A DNA stretch of 25,921 nt from contig DAOVLX010000001.1 of NCBI GenBank assembly GCA_030631035.1, positions 1-25,921 of the forward strand, given 5' to 3'. Made by a program: the position numbers and the translations under genes. The stretch comes from Gammaproteobacteria bacterium (lineage in GTDB: Bacteria > Pseudomonadota > Gammaproteobacteria > UBA9339). Of the stretch, positions 1 to 6,630 are shown piece by piece. The notes below the pieces were generated by a model, which saw only the letters and a program-made list of their open reading frames with translations, was not told the DNA's origin and searched no databases. The first letter of the stretch is position 1. Every line of letters begins with the position of its first letter.

Positions 1-17
1 AACTAATATAGTTTTGT

Positions 18-1043
18 ATGAGAAAAGAAATGAACAAAATCGAAAAAATCGAATTTCAGCTTACAAATTCTTGTAATATGAATTGTAGCTTTTGTTTTGG
101 TGGCCATATTAATCGTAATGTGGAAATGTCTCCAGAAATTATTTGTAGAGTGATAAAAGAAACTGTGGAACAGAATAATATAGGACATCCACTATTAAAT
201 TTAAAGAATGTTTGGCTGACTGGGGGTGAGCCACTTTTAGTGGAAAAATCTGTTATAAAGATAATTAGAGAATGTAAATTGTTAGGGATTGATGTTGGAC
301 TAAGTACAAATGCCTTACTATTGAACGAGCATTTGGATGCATTGCTTGATGCTGGTCTTAAGGAGATTAGAATATCCATGGATTCAGTAGACAAGCATAT
401 ATTTGAGAAGGTCAGAGGAAAAAAAGATTCATTTGAGCCTGTAATGCGAAATATAGTGTTGTCTGTAAATGCTGGGCTAAAAACAGTAATTAGAATAACT
501 GTTACCAATGATAATGTGGATGCTATTGAAAACATTGTGGAGTCTCTTGCTAACGTTGGGGTTTCGAAAATTGAATTAAAAGGAGTAATTCCCATTGGGC
601 GTGCGGACTTTAACATGATGCCCAAGTATCGTAAGCTGGAAGAAGCTTTCAAAAAAGGTATTAATATAGTAAATGGCCATCCGGGTGATGTAAAGATTGG
701 CATAATGTGCAATTATTTGCCACGATGCAAAGGGTATTCTGTTGCAAATAACACAGCATGTGTTTGCGGTTATTCTGCTATTTATGTATCAGCTAATGGG
801 GCAATTACTCCTTGCAGCTATTTTCCTAGCGAAAGTAATTATAATATATACAAGAATACCATTACGGAGGCATGGGAGAGCCCGCTTTTTAATAGCATTA
901 GGAAAGATGTTCCAGGGAAGTGTATGAAATGTGATGATTGGGAGCATTGTCGAAATGGGTGTCCGGCTATATTATATAGTGGTAACGCAATAGGGAAATC
1001 ATGTTTTGATTTTATAAATGAAACTAATGATAATTTAATATAA
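18..1043 (+). CDS. Radical SAM enzyme with C-terminal SPASM domain (PqqE/NirJ-like superfamily; substrate unknown)
   Basis: CxxxCxxC motif CNMNCSFC, GGEPLL motif, and SPASM cysteines CVCGYSAIYVSANGAITPC ... CMKCDDWEHCRNGCPA. The true start could be ATG at 30. Confidence 0.92.
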   Translation: MRKEMNKIEKIEFQLTNSCNMNCSFCFGGHINRNVEMSPEIICRVIKETVEQNNIGHPLLNLKNVWLTGGEPLLVEKSVIKIIRECKLLGIDVGLSTNALLLNEHLDALLDAGLKEIRISMDSVDKHIFEKVRGKKDSFEPVMRNIVLSVNAGLKTVIRITVTNDNVDAIENIVESLANVGVSKIELKGVIPIGRADFNMMPKYRKLEEAFKKGINIVNGHPGDVKIGIMCNYLPRCKGYSVANNTACVCGYSAIYVSANGAITPCSYFPSESNYNIYKNTITEAWESPLFNSIRKDVPGKCMKCDDWEHCRNGCPAILYSGNAIGKSCFDFINETNDNLI

Positions 1044-1056
1044 AGGAAATTATGTT

Positions 1057-1845
1057 ATGTATACATATTTTGAAGGCCGAGCATCAGCATACGAAAAATA
1101 TAGGCCAAAATTGCCAGATAATTTCTTTAGATTTTTATCTGATAAACTTCGATTAACTGAAGCCGAAAAATGTAATCGATATATGGATATTGGATGTGGT
1201 ACAGGCCAATTAACAATTCCTCTTAGTAGGTATTTTAATGAAGCAGTAGGCATTGATCCTGCTTTTGATATGGTGCAAGAAGCAAAAAAAGTAGCAAAAA
1301 AGAGTAATTGTGAATCTATTAAATGGGTACAGGGGTATGCAGAAGATATTTCAATAGAAGATTATAAAAATTTTAATTTGGTTACGATAGCAAATGCGTT
1401 TCATTGGATGGATCAACCAATAGTTATTTCAAAAATACTTCGCTTGCTTGATTCTCAAGGTTATTTAGTGCTTGTTCGCTCTTATGCAGATATTACTTCA
1501 AATGCTTCTGATTGGCAGAAAGCTTTGAATGATATTCTTGAATCGTGGGTTGGGGAAGAAAGGAAGGCTACAGTTGGGAGTAAATATGAGCAAATTAATT
1601 GGGTTGAAATGTTAAACGCATTCCCATTTTCTTCTGTGTTGACTCATGAAATTCCGGAAACAAGGATTTGGAGTATTGAGGATCTGTTAGGTTTTTATTT
1701 TACAGTATCATTCTGTTCGGAAGAAAAATTAGGTGAATACGTTGAGGATTACAAAAAAAATGTAGAAAAGACACTACTCAAGATTCATCCTGACAATAAA
1801 TTTGTGCAAAAGCATAATATAACATTAATTATTGCCAAAAAATGA
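1057..1845 (+). CDS. Class I SAM-dependent methyltransferase
   Basis: SAM-binding motif I MDIGCGTGQLT, acidic motif GIDPA, post-II VTIANAFHWMD, N-terminal YEKYRP; AAGGA RBS at 1043-1047. Confidence 0.92.
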   Translation: MYTYFEGRASAYEKYRPKLPDNFFRFLSDKLRLTEAEKCNRYMDIGCGTGQLTIPLSRYFNEAVGIDPAFDMVQEAKKVAKKSNCESIKWVQGYAEDISIEDYKNFNLVTIANAFHWMDQPIVISKILRLLDSQGYLVLVRSYADITSNASDWQKALNDILESWVGEERKATVGSKYEQINWVEMLNAFPFSSVLTHEIPETRIWSIEDLLGFYFTVSFCSEEKLGEYVEDYKKNVEKTLLKIHPDNKFVQKHNITLIIAKK

Positions 1846-2936
1846 AATATAAAAAGATTTTCTTGAATATCTGTTTGCTGGTTATAATTTTTGTTTGTCA
1901 GACTGCTAATGCTAAGCAGTTTATTCTTACTGCTATTTACTCTCCTGATAAACAGCTTCATAGCTGCATGAATGTTTTACAGTCTGTAATTAATCAAGCT
2001 AACAATAATGGACTAAATATTAAGCTTGTTAAATTGATAAATAAAGATGATTCTTCAATAGGAGCATTACAGTTAGCTAAAGAAGCAAAAAATATCCATT
2101 CGGATGCCGTTATTGGCGGTGGTAGTTCGGAACAGATGCTATTAGAGTCAAGGGTATTGAATAGTGCTGATATACCCGTATTTGTACTCACTGCTGAACA
2201 TCCAGACATTTCTGTAGATAAGCCATATGTGGTTACATTGTTGCCGAGTTTAAAAGTATTTTGTAACTCTGCAGCAAATAGGATTATGAATATTTCACCT
2301 AAAGCAAAAAAAATATTAATTGTTAGAAATATATCGATGCAGTATGCAATATACGTTTCTGATGCTGTCACCAAAATTACTAAAAAAGAAAGACCAAATA
2401 CAAAAATTGAATACATTAACATCATTAATGGTTATGGGTTTATTAATAGTTTAGCGGAAAAAATAAAACAAAATCGGCCTGATATGGTATATTTGCCAAT
2501 ATATAATAAACAGATAGCAAGCCTTTTGATCGAATTAACTAAACAGCATCCATTTCCTATCGATATTTTTATTAACGCTGGCCCATCAGTGATAAATGAA
2601 ATGAAATATTATCGTTTAATCTTAAGAGATCACCCTGAAATAAAACTCCATATATTCACGGTTTGGTCAGGAAAGCCCTCTGGCAAATATTCGTTACTAT
2701 ATAAAAGTTTACTTAATAAAAATGAAAGTGCAAGTGATTTAAAAGTGGCTCTTACATTTGATGCGGTAGAATTGCTTATAAATGCGCTCAAAGAAAATTC
2801 TAGTATTCGGGGCATGAATCTGGTTTATTTGGTTAAATTAGAAAAATTTCCCGGAGTAACGGGGGATATTTGGTTTGATAAATTCGGCAATACTGTCAAA
2901 AGAAAAAAGGACAGATTTTTTTATTATGTGATTTAA
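1842..2936 (+). CDS. Periplasmic solute-binding protein, LivJ/LIVBP-like (type 1 PBP fold), with no adjacent ABC permease
   Basis: Signal peptide ending TANA, AVIGGGSS segment, C-terminal FPGVTGDIWFDKFGN typical of the LivJ/K family; ATGA overlap with the methyltransferase stop. Confidence 0.8.
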   Translation: MKYKKIFLNICLLVIIFVCQTANAKQFILTAIYSPDKQLHSCMNVLQSVINQANNNGLNIKLVKLINKDDSSIGALQLAKEAKNIHSDAVIGGGSSEQMLLESRVLNSADIPVFVLTAEHPDISVDKPYVVTLLPSLKVFCNSAANRIMNISPKAKKILIVRNISMQYAIYVSDAVTKITKKERPNTKIEYINIINGYGFINSLAEKIKQNRPDMVYLPIYNKQIASLLIELTKQHPFPIDIFINAGPSVINEMKYYRLILRDHPEIKLHIFTVWSGKPSGKYSLLYKSLLNKNESASDLKVALTFDAVELLINALKENSSIRGMNLVYLVKLEKFPGVTGDIWFDKFGNTVKRKKDRFFYYVI

Positions 2937-2948
2937 AAAGGCTTATAT

Positions 2949-4964
2949 ATGAAATCAGATACAAATGGTATTAGTAAAATTAATCTGTATAAGATAATAT
3001 TATGGCCAGTAATTATTTTAGTGATGTCATTTCTGTTTGTATTTGCTATAGCCTCCCATTTTCATAGCATACATAGTGCAGAAAAATTGCAGCACGATCT
3101 CAAGCAGGCCCTGTTTGATGCAGAAAGTAGTTTTGCTGATGAGGTGGTTTTGCAGGAATATCCGGCAATTCAAATGAGGATTAATCGTATAATACTTGAT
3201 GTACAAACAAGGTATGAAGGCGCTAATATTTGCATTAGTTTGCAGCCAGAATATGCAAAGTCAAACCTTAATAAACCTATTACTCAATGTAGTGATAGGG
3301 CAGGCATAGATGATTTTTTACAATCTTCTAATAATTTTGTTAGGCAGATTAGGGTTTCAGGCGTAAATATCGCCAAGGTTGTTTATAGATCAAGTTTACA
3401 GGTAAATATATATAGCTTTTTTTCGCCAGAAGTAATGTTTGCAACTTTTGTGGCTATGTTTATTACTTTTGTTGCATTTTATTTTTTGATAAAAAACATC
3501 AGAAAAAACATCATCATGCCTTTTCAAGAAACTGTAGAATATAATGCAAAATCAGTAGCTTTTTCAGAATTAGCCGGACAGGTTGCGCACGATATACGTT
3601 CACCAGCTGCTGCTGTTTTAATGTTGGCTAAAGAATCTGTAGGATTGCCGGAAGAGCAGCGCCTATCTCTTAGAGATGCGGCTAATAGAATTCATAACAT
3701 AGCCAATCATTTGCTAAGTCAATATGGTGGCGATTCAAATGACGAAATTCGTGCTGGGAAAATATTAATTCCACCTTCAGTTCTGTCTGTTTTTACAGAA
3801 AAAAAGATGCAACACAAAGAGTTGCCAGTATCTTTTTTATGCAATATTGCTGAATCAGCTAGCTTCGCTTATGTTAATATTAATAAAACTGATTTTGAAA
3901 GAATGATCTCCAATTTGATAAGTAATGCTTTTGAGGCGTTAATTTTTAATCAGGGAGAAGTTGAAGTCCGATTATTTATAGAGCCTGGAGTTAATAATGT
4001 AGTTATTCAAATTATAGACAATGGTAGGGGGATGTCGCAAGAATTTATTGATGAATTTCTTAATAAGGATAAAGTAATAAGTCAAAAACAAAATGGGCAC
4101 GGGTTAGGGCTGACATACACCAAGTCAGTGTTGAAAGAAAGCACAGGAGTACTTGATGTCTTTTCGCAAATAAATCAAGGAACTACTATAGAATTAAGAT
4201 TTAAAGCAGAAGAGCCGCCCATTTGGATTGCAACAGAGATCAATTTTCGATCAGATGATATTATAATTATTCTTGATGATGATTGCTCAGTTCATGGGGC
4301 ATGGGATCGCAGATTTCAAACTATTCTTGCTACTCATAAAAATAGTAAAATTTTGCATTTTAATACTGCTGAAGAATGTCTCGTGCAGATTCAATCTTTT
4401 TCTCAATCTGATAAAAGCCGAGTATTATTGTTGGCTGATTATGAGCTAATCAATCAAGATAAAAATGGATTAGATGTAATTGAACTAATTGATATAAATC
4501 GCTCTTTTTTAGTGACTAGTCATTATGAAAATATGGAAGTTATTAAAAGAGCTATTTTGTGTAATGCATATGTGTTGCCAAAAATTTTGGCTTCTGATGT
4601 TAAATTGATTTTAAATGAAGAGAATAGCTTCGATGAAAATAAAGATTTTGATTTAATTATTGTTGATGACGCTAAAGAATTTTCTGAGGTAATATCGTAT
4701 TTATTTTCTTCAAAAGATAAGAAACTGCGAGTCTATCACAATCCTTATGAGTTGCTTAGTAGCTTGCTTAGTTGTGACAAGCAAATTAAAATATGTTTTG
4801 ACTATGACTTGGAATGTCCAGTGAATGGTGTTGAACTTGCAGAAGTACTATGGAGAAAAGGATATAATAACTTATATTTAGCAACAGGTTACCAAACTCA
4901 GAAAATGAAATTACCAGCGTATTTAAGAGTATTGAATAATAAAATGGACCTGCTTAATCTTTAG
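2949..4964 (+). CDS. Membrane-bound hybrid sensor histidine kinase with two C-terminal receiver domains
   Basis: Two hydrophobic TM segments flanking a ~125-aa periplasmic domain; H-box VAHDIRSP, N-box MISNLISNA, G1 IIDNGRGM, G2 GHGLGL; REC1 (ILDDD...LADYEL...LVTS...PK) and REC2 (IVDDA...CFDYDL...LATG...NK). Confidence 0.92.
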   Translation: MKSDTNGISKINLYKIILWPVIILVMSFLFVFAIASHFHSIHSAEKLQHDLKQALFDAESSFADEVVLQEYPAIQMRINRIILDVQTRYEGANICISLQPEYAKSNLNKPITQCSDRAGIDDFLQSSNNFVRQIRVSGVNIAKVVYRSSLQVNIYSFFSPEVMFATFVAMFITFVAFYFLIKNIRKNIIMPFQETVEYNAKSVAFSELAGQVAHDIRSPAAAVLMLAKESVGLPEEQRLSLRDAANRIHNIANHLLSQYGGDSNDEIRAGKILIPPSVLSVFTEKKMQHKELPVSFLCNIAESASFAYVNINKTDFERMISNLISNAFEALIFNQGEVEVRLFIEPGVNNVVIQIIDNGRGMSQEFIDEFLNKDKVISQKQNGHGLGLTYTKSVLKESTGVLDVFSQINQGTTIELRFKAEEPPIWIATEINFRSDDIIIILDDDCSVHGAWDRRFQTILATHKNSKILHFNTAEECLVQIQSFSQSDKSRVLLLADYELINQDKNGLDVIELIDINRSFLVTSHYENMEVIKRAILCNAYVLPKILASDVKLILNEENSFDENKDFDLIIVDDAKEFSEVISYLFSSKDKKLRVYHNPYELLSSLLSCDKQIKICFDYDLECPVNGVELAEVLWRKGYNNLYLATGYQTQKMKLPAYLRVLNNKMDLLNL

Positions 4965-5208
4965 TAATTCCGGCTATATCAGCTTCATTATTTAATTTTT
5001 CTACATATTCTCTAATTAATCTAGCAGACAATGCCATTTTCTCAGAAGCTTCTGAACATTCTTCCAAATGTTTTTTCGCATTTTTATCGTCGAAATTTGC
5101 ATGCGGGTTAATGGCATTCAATAATTGCGAGATAATAGAGCTTAATTCCGTTATTGCATTGGATAACGGTAACAAGTCATGAGCTATCTTTTTGATGTTT
5201 TTAACCAT
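4954..5208 (-). CDS. Small helical hypothetical protein (84 aa), HisKA/DHp-like
   Basis: Strong RBS GAGGA 7 nt upstream of the ATG; 19 nt downstream of the repressor stop; contains KKIAHDLLPL followed by two predicted helices. The gene is well supported; the function is inference. Confidence 0.7.
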   Translation of the reverse strand: MVKNIKKIAHDLLPLSNAITELSSIISQLLNAINPHANFDDKNAKKHLEECSEASEKMALSARLIREYVEKLNNEADIAGITKD

Positions 5209-5227
5209 AGTTTATTCCTCAGTTAGT

Positions 5228-5884
5228 TCAATAAGAAACCTTTTTTACACATTCTCTATATGCTCCTAGCATGACATCTCCATCTCTTAGTGATAACTTA
5301 CAGGGTGTGGTATCAAGAGACACAAGCACTATGTCTATTTTTTCGATGTGGAATCCATATTTTAATGTAATATTATTAGTTTTAGCCAGATATACTAACA
5401 ATATTTCTCCATCTTTAAAAGTTTCTGTTTGTTCAAAGGTTACAATATCTTTTACTTCAAATTTTGGTGAAAATTCAGTTCCTGTAATATAAATAGCTAT
5501 AGCTTTTTTGGGGTAAGGGGTGGTTGTTAGGATAAAATTGTTAGTGGTTAGCGTATCTTCTTTGTTGGTGGAGTAATAAAGTTTTAATTGGTCTAGATAG
5601 TAGACTGGTATTTTATACGTTTTTACTGTAGTATTTTCTTCATGAATTTCTCCTTTTCCCGTTGCAAGCCATTCTTCATTCACATTTAAGTGTTCGGCTA
5701 TTCTTTTTACATGTTTAGATGATTTAGTGTCGCTATTTAAAAGATAGTGCATGCCAGATGGTGACAAACCAAGTTTGTTCGCCATGTGCGATTGTTTTAC
5801 CCCTAGGGTATCAAGGACGTATCTTAATCTTTTTGATATGTTGTTTAGTTTCCTAATATCATCTGCATTTTCTTGGGTTGCCAT
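5228..5884 (-). CDS. Phage CI/XRE-type repressor with degenerate S24 domain (LvrR-like position)
   Basis: N-terminal Cro/CI HTH (RLRYVLDTLGVKQSHMANKLGLSPSGMHYLL...LNVNEEWLATGKGE); C-terminal S24-like fold with GTEF in place of GDSM; divergent from the LvrA-like and csrA genes. Confidence 0.85.
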   Translation of the reverse strand: MATQENADDIRKLNNISKRLRYVLDTLGVKQSHMANKLGLSPSGMHYLLNSDTKSSKHVKRIAEHLNVNEEWLATGKGEIHEENTTVKTYKIPVYYLDQLKLYYSTNKEDTLTTNNFILTTTPYPKKAIAIYITGTEFSPKFEVKDIVTFEQTETFKDGEILLVYLAKTNNITLKYGFHIEKIDIVLVSLDTTPCKLSLRDGDVMLGAYRECVKKVSY

Positions 5885-6173
5885 TTTAATATTTTCCTAG
5901 CTATGTTTTAAAATTAAATCCAGTTAATCAAGCATTAAAAAATACAAAATACCACATATTGCTATTTTTTAAAAATAAATTTCATAAATGACTAGCCTTA
6001 CGCACACCTTTTGTGTGGGCTGGTAAGAAATAATATGTACTTTTTAAAGGGTTGCTTTATGTGCCGATCCATTGCAAAACATTAAAATCAGAAGCTTACA
6101 GAATAATATTTCTATTTTAGGGCGCGTTTATATCGAATTTGAAGATAATCCGGGGGTTAGCCAAAGAAAAATC

Positions 6174-6201
6174 TTGACACTGAATTTTTATTCAGTAAAC
6201 T
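6174..6201 (+). promoter_or_regulatory. Sigma70-type promoter for the rightward operon
   Basis: Perfect -35 TTGACA (6174-6179), 16-nt spacer, -10 TAAACT (6196-6201). Confidence 0.65.
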
Positions 6202-6238
6202 GCGCAAATACACCTCATGTTTTCAGTAATTTTTACTG
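6179..6238. promoter_or_regulatory. Candidate repressor operators (palindromes)
   Basis: ACTGAAT-TTTT-ATTCAGT (6179-6196) fills the promoter spacer; CAGTAA-TTT-TTACTG (6224-6238); TTCAGTAA directly repeated at 6191 and 6222. Confidence 0.5.
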
Positions 6239-6393
6239 GTGAAGATGTTTAATAAAGGGTCAAATTTGTTGAAATTTGAGAAAAACGAGCTAGCGGAGCG
6301 ATAACTTGCAGTGGCTCTGATTATGAACAAGGCAGCATAAAGGGGCTGGTAAGACGGCAATCTCAACTAGCCTAACATAAAAATGTGAAATAG

Positions 6394-6449
6394 AGGAAAT
6401 GATTTTTCACTAATAATATTAGCATATTATTTTGAGTGCGTCATTTCCT
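6394..6449 (+). other. Long nested stem-loop in the 5' leader
   Basis: AGGAAATGA (6394-6402)/TCATTTCCT (6441-6449), CACT/AGTG, and AATAATAT (6412-6419)/ATATTATT (6424-6431) around the loop TAGC. Confidence 0.6.
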
Positions 6450-6630
6450 TATCGGGGAAAAGGATAATGGCATGCTTAAAAAACAAATATGTCGGAATTG
6501 CGCATATATTTGTCTCTATTCTAAGCTTAGGCGAGCTATACATTATATGTGCTATCATATCCCTATTATCGTTATCGTTTTGGTCCCTCCTATCTAATAC
6601 ATTTACATTTATTCATATAGGAGGGTTACT

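Noticed and set aside
56-712. 218-aa minus-strand ORF
   Set aside because: Antisense shadow of the well-supported radical SAM gene; no motifs.
1-1056. RiPP precursor peptide for the SPASM enzyme
   Set aside because: No short standalone ORF with its own RBS is visible near the enzyme in this window; it may lie upstream of base 1, so a RiPP call is unsupported.
1994-2425. 143-aa minus-strand ORF
   Set aside because: Shadow of the binding-protein gene; no recognisable family.
5885-6630. tRNA, att site or named small RNA in the long intergenic region
   Set aside because: No cloverleaf or CCA end is seen and I cannot match the hairpins to a known Rfam family from memory; kept only as structural findings.
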